Below, one piece after another: positions 55,521 through 64,000 of a stretch of 64,000 nt of DNA. Position 1 is the stretch's first letter, and each line of letters opens with the position of its first letter. The DNA lies in NCBI GenBank assembly GCA_022451235.1, contig JAKUOA010000007.1, forward strand, positions 16,188 through 80,187, written 5' to 3'. This stretch comes from Candidatus Thalassarchaeum sp. GTDB lineage: Archaea > Thermoplasmatota > Poseidoniia > Poseidoniales > Thalassarchaeaceae. The notes beneath the pieces were generated by a model that saw only the letters and a list, made by a program, of their open reading frames with translations, was not told the origin of the DNA and did no database searches. The position numbers were made by a program, and so were the translations under genes.

Positions 55521-56453
55521 ATGAGCGACCTGATTACTATGGACGATCTTAGCAATGATGAGATCTTGGAGATACTCGATACGGCTGAAAGGTTGTTGCC
55601 GGTTGCAAATGGAGATGTTTACGCTCCTTTGTTGCAAGGGAAGGTTCTCGGCAACTTATTCTTTGAGAATTCAACTCGAACTAGGATGTCTTTCGAATCA
55701 GCGATGAAGAGACTTGGAGGAGAGGTGGTAAACCTTAGTTCAGTCGGTTCTAGTGTTGCCAAGGGAGAAACACTGTACGATACTATGCAAATGGTTGATG
55801 GTTACTCAGACATAGCAGTAATTCGCCATCCTCGTCAAGGCGCGGCACAGTACAGCGCAGATGCAATTGGAATTCCAATTCTCAACGCTGGGGATGGGGC
55901 CGGGAATCATCCAACACAGACTATGCTTGACTTATTCACAATTCGACAAGCCCACGGAACTCTTGATGGGTTGAATGTGGTACTAGTCGGCGACTTACGA
56001 TATGGAAGAACTACTCACTCCTTGTCACATGCACTAGTTCGATTCGGAGCCAAGTTAACTCTAGTCTCTCCCGATAGTCTGCGGATGCCCACTGAAATCG
56101 TTGGCGATCTGCAATCTCATGATACTGAAGTTATCGAGAGTGAGAATCTTTCTGGAGCAATTGCAGACGCCGATGTCATCTACATGACTCGAATCCAAAA
56201 GGAGAGGTTCCCTGATGAAGATGAGTATGCCAAGGTTGCAGGGATCTACAAGATGACTGCGGATGACTTGGCTGGAGCCAAGAGTGGAATGATTGTCATG
56301 CACCCACTTCCTAGAGTGGACGAAATAGACCCAAGCGTCGACTCAACAAAACACGCTAGATATTTCCAACAAGCCTTCAATGGGGTTCCAACCAGAATGG
56401 CCTTGCTTTGTAGAAGTCTCGGAGTCGAAGTACCAAAGGAGGTCGGCGAATGA
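55521..56453 (+). CDS. pyrB: Aspartate carbamoyltransferase catalytic chain
   Basis: ENSTRTRMSFE, NHPTQTMLD and HPLPR. An alternative upstream ATG lies at 55488. Confidence 0.95.
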   Translation: MSDLITMDDLSNDEILEILDTAERLLPVANGDVYAPLLQGKVLGNLFFENSTRTRMSFESAMKRLGGEVVNLSSVGSSVAKGETLYDTMQMVDGYSDIAVIRHPRQGAAQYSADAIGIPILNAGDGAGNHPTQTMLDLFTIRQAHGTLDGLNVVLVGDLRYGRTTHSLSHALVRFGAKLTLVSPDSLRMPTEIVGDLQSHDTEVIESENLSGAIADADVIYMTRIQKERFPDEDEYAKVAGIYKMTADDLAGAKSGMIVMHPLPRVDEIDPSVDSTKHARYFQQAFNGVPTRMALLCRSLGVEVPKEVGE

Positions 56454-56917
56454 GTGAGATGAGGCGTGTAACCGCAATTTGTAATGGAACGGTTGTTGAT
56501 CATATTCCTGCTGGAAAGTCACTAAGAGTAATGCAGATGCTTAGAGTGAGCGTTGGGCGATCCAATCCAATTAGTCTAGTTATGAATGTTCCAAGTGGAA
56601 AGATTGGGCGTAAAGACGTATTGAAAATTGAAGACAGAGAATTGACTCAGGAAGAGTTAGATCGTCTTGCACTAATTGCTCCAAATGCCTCAGTTGCTAT
56701 TATTCGGAATTATAGCGTTGCCGAGAAAAGACAAATCGAACTAGGTGAAGAGTTAGTAAATATCGCCAGATGTACATTTTGGAATTGTATTACACAAGAT
56801 CCAAGGGAGCCACTTCCTCACAAACTACGAGTTGTGTCGAAAAACCCTCTCGAGATTAGATGCTCATATTGTGGGCGTTCACAGACAATTGACCAACTAG
56901 CTGAATCTATCATTTGA
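56450..56917 (+). CDS. pyrI: Aspartate carbamoyltransferase regulatory chain
   Basis: ATGA overlap with pyrB; GTVVDHIPAGK; C-terminal Zn cluster CTFWNC...CSYCG. Confidence 0.9.
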   Translation: MSEMRRVTAICNGTVVDHIPAGKSLRVMQMLRVSVGRSNPISLVMNVPSGKIGRKDVLKIEDRELTQEELDRLALIAPNASVAIIRNYSVAEKRQIELGEELVNIARCTFWNCITQDPREPLPHKLRVVSKNPLEIRCSYCGRSQTIDQLAESII

Positions 56918-56928
56918 GGTAGTTGTTG

Positions 56929-57327
56929 ATGGTTAGGATAGAAGCTATTTACGACGGTAAACTAAGGTGTACAGCGACTCATATTCCTTCTGGTCAAAAG
57001 CTAGCTACTGATGCTCCTGTTGATAATATGGGAAAAGGTGAGTCATTTTCTCCGACTGACCTCTTGGCGACGTCTATGTTGAATTGTATGATGACGATTA
57101 TTGCTATAGCAGCAGATTCTAGAGATTTGGACGTTAGTGAAATGAGTGGCTCGGTAGAGAAACACATGACTTCAGGTCCACGGAAGGTATCAAAATTGGA
57201 GGTTGAAATTTCTTTACCTACAGAATTGCATAGCGAAGATAGGGCTTGGTTAATCAAGCGAGGGCTGGCTTGTCCTGTTCACAAATCAGTTAGTGAAGAG
57301 ATGGAAGTGGAAGTCAGATTCTACTGA
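56929..57327 (+). CDS. OsmC/Ohr-family peroxiredoxin-like protein
   Basis: FSPTDLLATSMLNCM and GLACPVHKS, the two conserved Cys regions of OsmC. TTG starts were trimmed to ATG. Confidence 0.8.
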   Translation: MVRIEAIYDGKLRCTATHIPSGQKLATDAPVDNMGKGESFSPTDLLATSMLNCMMTIIAIAADSRDLDVSEMSGSVEKHMTSGPRKVSKLEVEISLPTELHSEDRAWLIKRGLACPVHKSVSEEMEVEVRFY

Positions 57328-57392
57328 GAATTAACCTCTTTGTAAGCCCTTAGCACACAACCATTGATGCACTTTCCCATCAAGCGAGATTT

Positions 57393-58430
57393 ATGTTCAG
57401 ACCTTTAGAAGGCGTACAGGTACTCGATTTATCTAGAGTTTTAGCAGGACCATATACCGCAAAGTTACTTTCTGATTTAGGAGCAACTGTACTGAGAGTT
57501 GAAGCGCCATGGGGGGATGATACTAGAGGATGGGGTCCTCCATTTACTGAGATTGAAGATGAACAAGTTGCAGCGTATTGGACTTCTGTGAATTTAGGAA
57601 AATCGATTATAAGAAAAAATCTCAAGATAGAAAGCGATTTGCAAGATGTTAGAAAATTAATTTCTGATTCAGACATTATTATCGAAAATTTCCGACCGGG
57701 AAAAGCCGAAGAATGGTTTGACCCTTGGCCTGATAGGAAAATTGTTTGCAGTATCAGTGCTTATGGAAATGAGGGCCCAAGATCTCGAGAAGGAGGTTAT
57801 GATATCGTTATGCAGGCGCGTAGTGGTTTGATGTCGATTACCGGTGACGAAAATGGAACTATAGCAAAAGTTGGAGTAGCAGTAATCGATGTTGCAACCG
57901 GATTACACGCTAGTTCTGCAATTATTGCAGCCCTTTACAGGAGAGAGAAAGAAGGAATCGGCGCAAAACTTACTCTATCCCTGTGGGATTGCGCTCTCGA
58001 TTTGTTAGTGAATCAAGCTCAGAACACAATAATTTCAGGAAAAAATCCTACACCCATGGGAACCTCTCATCCAAATCTAGTGCCCTATAGATCATACACA
58101 ACTTTGGATAGTGAATTTGTTATTGCCGTTGGCTCAGATGAACAATGGGGAAAATTGGTCAGAGCTCTCCGATTAGAAATTCCAGTAGATTCGGATTGGT
58201 CGAAAAATTCACAACGCGTTGAAGATAGAAAATTGGTCGATACGATGATTTCAAAATCTGTAAAACAATTTACATCAAGTGAATTAGAATCTTTACTGGA
58301 TGGGATTCCCTGCGCCCCTGTTAATTCGATAAAACAAGCGTTATCAGACTCACATTCTACTGAAAGGGGTATGCTGAGTTCCACTTTTGGAATAGAACAC
58401 GTATCAAGTCCTCATCGATTTCACAATTGA
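57393..58430 (+). CDS. Family III CoA-transferase (CaiB/BaiF)
   Basis: LEGVQVLDLSRVLAGPYTAKLLSDLGATVLRVE, IENFRPG and GYDIVMQA. Confidence 0.85.
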   Translation: MFRPLEGVQVLDLSRVLAGPYTAKLLSDLGATVLRVEAPWGDDTRGWGPPFTEIEDEQVAAYWTSVNLGKSIIRKNLKIESDLQDVRKLISDSDIIIENFRPGKAEEWFDPWPDRKIVCSISAYGNEGPRSREGGYDIVMQARSGLMSITGDENGTIAKVGVAVIDVATGLHASSAIIAALYRREKEGIGAKLTLSLWDCALDLLVNQAQNTIISGKNPTPMGTSHPNLVPYRSYTTLDSEFVIAVGSDEQWGKLVRALRLEIPVDSDWSKNSQRVEDRKLVDTMISKSVKQFTSSELESLLDGIPCAPVNSIKQALSDSHSTERGMLSSTFGIEHVSSPHRFHN

Positions 58431-58434
58431 TTTT

Positions 58435-59439
58435 TCACAAAGATGATTCTGCTAACCATTTCTTCATTGTACAGGACTGACAAATTTGACGGCTCGTTAT
58501 TTCCCCACATTGTTGACAATTTGTAACATCCGACTGATGGTCTCCTCTCGCCTCTCGGTGCAATACTCTAATCTGTTCCAAAGCGTGTAGTAATCCGTGT
58601 CTAGCACCCGGACTTTGGGCCTCTAAAGAGGCAACAATTGCACGGCTTTGCTGCCTCATTGCTCCTGGTGCATGAGGGCAGTCTCCGTGATGAATAGGAA
58701 GGCCCTTGGCGAAGGCATAGGCATGAATTTCCTGTTCAGGCACCCAACGAAGAGGAACTATCCGTGGTGCCAATCCTTCGATTGGTATGTCTGTGTGTGG
58801 GGCAAGTCTAACACTTCGTTCAATCTCACCTTTTTGCAAATTCATCAGTATTGATTGAGCCATATCATCGAGGTTGTGCCCTAGTGCCATAACATCGGCT
58901 TGAATCTTTTCAGCAAGGGCGTTGAGGCTTTGTCTACGGAAAACACCACAATATGAGCAAGGCATCATTCCCTTTGCCTCATCATGATTTTCAGCCATAA
59001 TCGGCATTCTTTCTACAACCTCATCCATTCTTTGATAACCCATTTCCTCGTAAGACAAGGTAACAAATTCGATAGACAATGATTCTGCTAAATCCCTCGC
59101 ACATTCCAATGATGGAGATCTATATCCATCTATTCCCTCGTCAACACAACCGGCTATGATTTTCACATCACGTCGCTTTCCAATAATATCTACCAGCATA
59201 TCCAAAAGAACTGCTGAATCTTTACCTCCGGAAACGCAAGCTAAGATTGTGTATGGTCGACCATCCTCATGATTGGCGTTCTTTGGAAGTACCAATTGGC
59301 TACGCAAGTCTTTCGATACTCGCTTCCTAATCGATTGTCCAAGGTGATAGGCACAGAAGTGCTGTCCACTGTATTCTTGATGCAATATTGCAGGCTTATC
59401 ACAGCGACTGCAAGTCTCTACGTCAATACCAGCGGCCAT
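58435..59439 (-). CDS. ttuA: tRNA 2-thiolation protein, TtuA/Ncs6-type PP-loop ATPase with Zn-finger ends
   Basis: N-terminal CSRCDKPA...CAYH, PP-loop SGGKDSAVL, cluster cysteines CSYCGVFRR...GDCPHA, and C-terminal CQQCGE...CQSC. Confidence 0.85.
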   Translation of the reverse strand: MAAGIDVETCSRCDKPAILHQEYSGQHFCAYHLGQSIRKRVSKDLRSQLVLPKNANHEDGRPYTILACVSGGKDSAVLLDMLVDIIGKRRDVKIIAGCVDEGIDGYRSPSLECARDLAESLSIEFVTLSYEEMGYQRMDEVVERMPIMAENHDEAKGMMPCSYCGVFRRQSLNALAEKIQADVMALGHNLDDMAQSILMNLQKGEIERSVRLAPHTDIPIEGLAPRIVPLRWVPEQEIHAYAFAKGLPIHHGDCPHAPGAMRQQSRAIVASLEAQSPGARHGLLHALEQIRVLHREARGDHQSDVTNCQQCGEITSRQICQSCTMKKWLAESSL

Positions 59440-59545
59440 GGTCTTCGGGCTGACCTCTGTGGCTTGAACCCCACTGATAGTGGTATGTGGAATTGGAATA
59501 AGGCCAATCGGTGGATATATTTGCGATATTTTTCACAACATCACC

Positions 59546-59797
59546 ATGAGTGAGGTTGGCAACCTACCTGACAGGGCTACTACAGCCGGAAAGAAGACCT
59601 CGCCTTGGATGGATAGATTCGTCCTCTTAGCCTGTATAGTCGCAGCTTGGCAAATAAGTGAAGAGGTAATCTCTGCGATGGAATCTCATCTGGGATGGTG
59701 GGCTAATCCGGTTGCGGTCACCCTCCTCGGATTAACCTCCCTCTTCATTGCGAGTCAAGTAGTTCTAATCATTGAGAAATTACAGGGAATTAGATGA
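59546..59797 (+). CDS. Small hypothetical membrane protein (83 aa, 2 TM)
   Basis: ATG start (the ORF-track GTG at 59480 is unlikely); two hydrophobic helices. Confidence 0.4.
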   Translation: MSEVGNLPDRATTAGKKTSPWMDRFVLLACIVAAWQISEEVISAMESHLGWWANPVAVTLLGLTSLFIASQVVLIIEKLQGIR

Positions 59798-59802
59798 CAC
59801 AT

Positions 59803-61020
59803 TTAGGATTCAGATCTTGTACCCCGTAGGCTAGCAATTCCTGCTTCAATTAGTCCACTAACTCTCTGCCAAGGTACCACGTATCTCATTCCAGCCACCG
59901 CTAAAAGGAATAGTCCAGCCGAGATAACCTTCCCGTATGTCAATTGCAACTCTAGTGATTCAGAGACTTGTCCGCTCCACTGTCCACCTTCCATTACAGC
60001 TACTATATCGAGCATTAGGGCATCGAACTCTAGTGCGAGTGCGGTTGTAAGTGCAACCCCGCCAATTATCGAAATTGTATGCAAAACATGACTGTTCACG
60101 ACATTGTTGAATTGACGCACATATTCTGGATCTGATTTACTAGCATCTGGCAACATAACCGCATACTCTAGATGACCAATTACGGCGTTTCCAGCCTCAT
60201 GGAATAGTAGTATCAGAATAGCAATACCCAGTAAGTCAAGTGCTAATGGAGAAATTAGACCGCCATACAGTGTTGCTTCTCCAATCTGTGCTGGTAGCGG
60301 CTTAAGGCCGATTCCCGCCACTGAATCTGTTATTCCTTGGAAGGTCAGTAATGCGTGTACCCCTATAATCATCAAGAAGAAACCCACAGCCCAAGTAAGC
60401 GCCCTTCGAGATAGGCTCCAGATACCTATTAGTCCGGCCAATATAGGAGCAAAGACGATTCCAACAAAGAATAACTCAATTGCTAATTGTAACGGTTGGA
60501 ACAGAGATCCTATGTGTTGTAAGGGAAGATGAAAACCGATAACTCCAATCTCATCAAACCAATCTAGAATGAATGGTACAAGGGCCCATAGAACAACCGC
60601 ACCGGTACATCCTCTGCGAGTCCACAGCTTTACCCTCTCACCTCTAGTTTGATAGAACATCCATAATCCTGCCAGAAGAAAGCAAATAGTAAGTGGAGCA
60701 ACTTGACTAGCGAATCCAGTTGAATCAATTCCAACTAATTCTCTTGGCAGAATCAAACCATCATTTCCTGAAAGTGCATTATCTTGGAAAGAAGGTTGTT
60801 CATTGACCCACATTAAGCCTCTAGTATGTTCGTAAGAGGGACACCAGTTGTTGCCGTCTTCTAGGAATCCTTCATCACAGGGGCCGTATACTTCTGTCAT
60901 TCTGAATAATAACGCCAATAGCGCTACTGTAGCAATTACCTGAAGGAATAGGATTTGCCAGCGGCGTCGTAAGCGAGGAAGATGTAATGTCTGACTTGGT
61001 GGTACAGTTTCCATTGCCAT
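59803..61020 (-). CDS. Hypothetical polytopic membrane protein (405 aa), last gene of the DUF58 cluster
   Basis: About 9-10 hydrophobic helices. Starts 12 nt after the DUF58 gene's stop, on the same strand. Confidence 0.6.
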   Translation of the reverse strand: MAMETVPPSQTLHLPRLRRRWQILFLQVIATVALLALLFRMTEVYGPCDEGFLEDGNNWCPSYEHTRGLMWVNEQPSFQDNALSGNDGLILPRELVGIDSTGFASQVAPLTICFLLAGLWMFYQTRGERVKLWTRRGCTGAVVLWALVPFILDWFDEIGVIGFHLPLQHIGSLFQPLQLAIELFFVGIVFAPILAGLIGIWSLSRRALTWAVGFFLMIIGVHALLTFQGITDSVAGIGLKPLPAQIGEATLYGGLISPLALDLLGIAILILLFHEAGNAVIGHLEYAVMLPDASKSDPEYVRQFNNVVNSHVLHTISIIGGVALTTALALEFDALMLDIVAVMEGGQWSGQVSESLELQLTYGKVISAGLFLLAVAGMRYVVPWQRVSGLIEAGIASLRGTRSES

Positions 61021-61032
61021 ATCTTAACCTCC

Positions 61033-62286
61033 TTAAACCGTCTTTACCTGTAGCAGAGCCTGTGATAATTCGATATCTGGCATCCAATCGATGACCTTCG
61101 CACCATATCCAGAAATTGCTGTCAATCTATTCTGTCTCTCTAACTTTAGCACTTCATAGGACATTCTTGGTATTCGACTTACAAGCCTCTCAAGATCGAT
61201 ACTTGATGGTGACAGAACGATAACCTCGTGACCCTTACCTGCAAGGTTTCGAATTGCTGGAAGAGTTGTACCGTCTCCCTCTAAACTACTGATGATGAAC
61301 ACTGGAGAACCTCTACTGATTCGAGAACTCATCGCATTGGTCACAGCCTGTAATGGCATACTACCTTTGGAGGTTACACCCGCAAGCATGCTGAGAGTTT
61401 TGTAGTACTGCTTGTCACCAGTTTCTGGTGGTAGGTAATTCATCCTGTCACCATAGGTGACAATAGATACAGAATCGCGACGACGAATAAAATAATTTGC
61501 AATCGAAGCCGCTGCCACTGTACCCATCTCCAATGGATTCTTGAGGACAGTTCCTATTCTTGCAACGTCTCTTATGTCTAGAATGATGAAGACATCGGTA
61601 ACAGCGTCGCGTGTCTTTTCATTGACCATTAATTCGCCGGTTCTGGCAAATGCTTTCCAGTTAATCATTCGGAAGGCGTCTCCCGGCAGGTACTCTCGTA
61701 GAGAATAGAATTCCATTCCTTGACCAGGAGTCTTCAGAGTAGTTGCACCTGTGTACATTTTGGGTACATTGGAGCGGAGTAAGGCTTCCTCAACTTCTCG
61801 AACTTGAGGAAATACGGTAATATCGGTTCGGTCGTCGACTTTCGACTCATTAACGAAGAGGTTGAATGCGTTACGATGACGAACAGATACCGGCCCAACG
61901 GTGTAATGACCACGGAGTGGGCATCGAACTGTATATCGCATTGTAGCAGATTGTCCAGGGCCGAGATTCATTCTCATTTGATTGATTCCTCTCCTCATCT
62001 TCATCTCGTGAGGGACATTATCGAATACCTCAAGTAATTGAGTACGGCGATAGGAATTATTGGTTACCGTGACTTCGACTAAGATATCGTCACCCTTGTA
62101 GACGTTTTGTGCAGAAATATTTCGAGTAATCTCAAGGTCTGAGTGACCGGTTACCCAGCCGTTTATCACCAAGAAGGCGATGAATGTTAGACCAATTATC
62201 ATCAATTGGAAATGAGATATCATCATTCCAATCAATATCAAAGAAATGCCACTTGTCAGCATAATTGCGGCCTTACGTGTCCACAT
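61033..62286 (-). CDS. DUF58-family protein (MoxR-associated, vWA-like)
   Basis: Two N-terminal TM helices; hallmark REYLPGDAFRMINWKAFARTGELMVNE; later VFIILD. Confidence 0.85.
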   Translation of the reverse strand: MWTRKAAIMLTSGISLILIGMMISHFQLMIIGLTFIAFLVINGWVTGHSDLEITRNISAQNVYKGDDILVEVTVTNNSYRRTQLLEVFDNVPHEMKMRRGINQMRMNLGPGQSATMRYTVRCPLRGHYTVGPVSVRHRNAFNLFVNESKVDDRTDITVFPQVREVEEALLRSNVPKMYTGATTLKTPGQGMEFYSLREYLPGDAFRMINWKAFARTGELMVNEKTRDAVTDVFIILDIRDVARIGTVLKNPLEMGTVAAASIANYFIRRRDSVSIVTYGDRMNYLPPETGDKQYYKTLSMLAGVTSKGSMPLQAVTNAMSSRISRGSPVFIISSLEGDGTTLPAIRNLAGKGHEVIVLSPSSIDLERLVSRIPRMSYEVLKLERQNRLTAISGYGAKVIDWMPDIELSQALLQVKTV

Positions 62287-63929
62287 TAGGCATCACTCTC
62301 CTCTGTAGTTTGACCCCAAGCGCTGATTCGTTTGATTATTCCAACCAACTCGTCTGGCTTGTATCGTCTATCTTCAAAGATGAATTGGACTAACACTGGA
62401 TCATCGACTATACGCTGCAACTCGGCCGCGGGTAATGCATCGAATTCCTCTCGAGACATCGTGTTGAGATTGCGAACCCGAGTCAATAATACCTGCCTAA
62501 TTTTCTGGGGCCTTTGATAATATTCGTACCTTCGAGCATCACCGAATCCATAGTAGATAATACGGAATACGTGACGCCAGTCATCTGGATCATCCTTACG
62601 AATGAGGACCGCCTCTAGTACGATGAAGAGGGTTAGGAATAGAATTAGCATAGCCATCCAATCATTGGTAAAGTAGACTAGAATGTAGTATAGTAGATTG
62701 TAGGTATCGCCCATTGGAGTTTCCTGCTGGTGTCTTGACTCATCGAAAATGATGATGGCTTCTTCACCGGCATTTGTGCTTGTATTTCCGAGAAGTAGAG
62801 CTTCAGCGATAATATCCAGGGCCCACTTGCGATTATCATTTAGTGGGACAGAATCAGCGTAGGGACTAGCAGGTCCTGCATTGTATAGGGAATTGATTAG
62901 AACCGAACCGTCGCTGACAAAGTGAACTCTCCCGGAATCAGAATCTAGACACATTCTATCAACACAATATCTGACATATATAGCAAACGGACCTTGTTCA
63001 TCACCTGCTATTCCTGCCGCCTCAAAGCCGACAGTTAGGTTGCCATCGTCATTTGTATCTAGATATGAATCAAGGGTGCTAGCACTAATGGCATAGCGAT
63101 TCTCAGCGGGATTGAAGGCTCCCTCCTTCTCAAAGGCTGATGGAGAGTTTGTCAATAGGTTGTAGTTTTCCGTAAAGTCCCATTCACCAGTTTCTTGGTT
63201 CCATCTATGGGCACAAAGACCAACATTTTGTTCGGTAATAACGCCCCCGACATTCGGATCATATGGCTCATCATCAAGTAAATCGATTATCCCATCGAAA
63301 TCAACATCACGCAAACATGGATGCATTGCCATTGCGACTGAACCAGAAGTAGAAGTGAAGTTGAATGCTGAGGTTTCGTTTACCCAAACGAAATTGAAGT
63401 CTAATTCTCGAGCCCATGCTTCCCCATCGTAGAGATGATGACCCGAATAAGTCAAACCATATTCATCGGCAAGACTTGCAGAGTAACCAAAATCATCCAT
63501 CAACAGAAGTGTTCCACCAGTGTCAACAAAATCCCTAATTGCAGAAATCTCTGAACTAGTGTATCCATCTGCTTCTCGGAAATCGACTATGGTCTCGTCT
63601 CCAGTAAATTTGGGTAGAGAAATAGTATCTCTCTCCACTCCAGAGATAACGAAAATCGCCTGTTCTGGGTTATCGATTTCTGTAAGTAAAAGTGGGCTTG
63701 AAATTAATGCCGTAGTTTCAATTCCGAGATTTGACACCTCGTCTCTAAAACCGTTCAAATCATTCCAGTCACTGCCATATGCAGACTGCTGTTTTTCACC
63801 GGTTATAATGTAGGTTTGTAGAATTGAAAATAGAAGAATTCCTAGCATCAACCAGAATGCTGTGGTGATTGCAAGACGTCGAGTTTGTCTCGACGTTAGT
63901 CTCCTCATCCAAACGCGAGAATTCGCCAT
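62286..63929 (-). CDS. DUF4350-like membrane protein of the MoxR/DUF58 cluster
   Basis: N-terminal TM, GGTLLLMDDFGY, and a second TM near the C-terminus. Its stop overlaps the DUF58 start (TAATG). The ORF-track TTG start at 63971 was trimmed to ATG (MANSRVW); the Met at 63908 is also possible. Confidence 0.65.
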   Translation of the reverse strand: MANSRVWMRRLTSRQTRRLAITTAFWLMLGILLFSILQTYIITGEKQQSAYGSDWNDLNGFRDEVSNLGIETTALISSPLLLTEIDNPEQAIFVISGVERDTISLPKFTGDETIVDFREADGYTSSEISAIRDFVDTGGTLLLMDDFGYSASLADEYGLTYSGHHLYDGEAWARELDFNFVWVNETSAFNFTSTSGSVAMAMHPCLRDVDFDGIIDLLDDEPYDPNVGGVITEQNVGLCAHRWNQETGEWDFTENYNLLTNSPSAFEKEGAFNPAENRYAISASTLDSYLDTNDDGNLTVGFEAAGIAGDEQGPFAIYVRYCVDRMCLDSDSGRVHFVSDGSVLINSLYNAGPASPYADSVPLNDNRKWALDIIAEALLLGNTSTNAGEEAIIIFDESRHQQETPMGDTYNLLYYILVYFTNDWMAMLILFLTLFIVLEAVLIRKDDPDDWRHVFRIIYYGFGDARRYEYYQRPQKIRQVLLTRVRNLNTMSREEFDALPAAELQRIVDDPVLVQFIFEDRRYKPDELVGIIKRISAWGQTTEESDA

Positions 63930-64000
63930 GCTGCAAGCCACCGTTCCTACGGAACGTCTGACGAGCCTCAACTACGACTTAAGACCGTTATTCATCGCTG

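Overview
The window reads as a gene-dense archaeal chromosome segment. Archaeal markers are Orc1/Cdc6, a thermosome, Bud32, archaeal-type CoA synthesis and a TtuA/Ncs6-type tRNA thiolase. Many genes look bacterial instead: DnaK, class I FBP aldolase plus GlpX, M14/M17 peptidases and a beta-oxidation-like set. This mixture, together with giant Ca-binding, sequon-rich surface proteins, suggests a planktonic Thermoplasmatota / Marine Group II-like euryarchaeon; that is inference only. I support about 60 CDS, one tRNA-Gly(GCC) and one ~325-nt structured ncRNA. No CRISPR array, transposase, integrase or rRNA was seen. The ORF track uses GTG/TTG starts and often over-extends, so I re-set several starts to internal ATGs. 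The most interesting items are:
- a GC-rich RNA with a textbook kink-turn, probably a divergent RNase P RNA;
- an operon centred on a BoxB/PaaA-type di-iron acyl-CoA oxygenase, with an unknown coupled ORF and a semiSWEET;
- a divergent trio of winged-helix proteins, one of 872 aa;
- a PPAT-DPCK fusion;
- a cysteine-less Mrp/NBP35 with an inserted domain;
- DnaK coupled to a Met-rich alpha-crystallin-like protein instead of GrpE/DnaJ;
- an internally duplicated membrane protein in an A/T-rich islet.
All family assignments come from motifs read by eye. None has been checked against a database.
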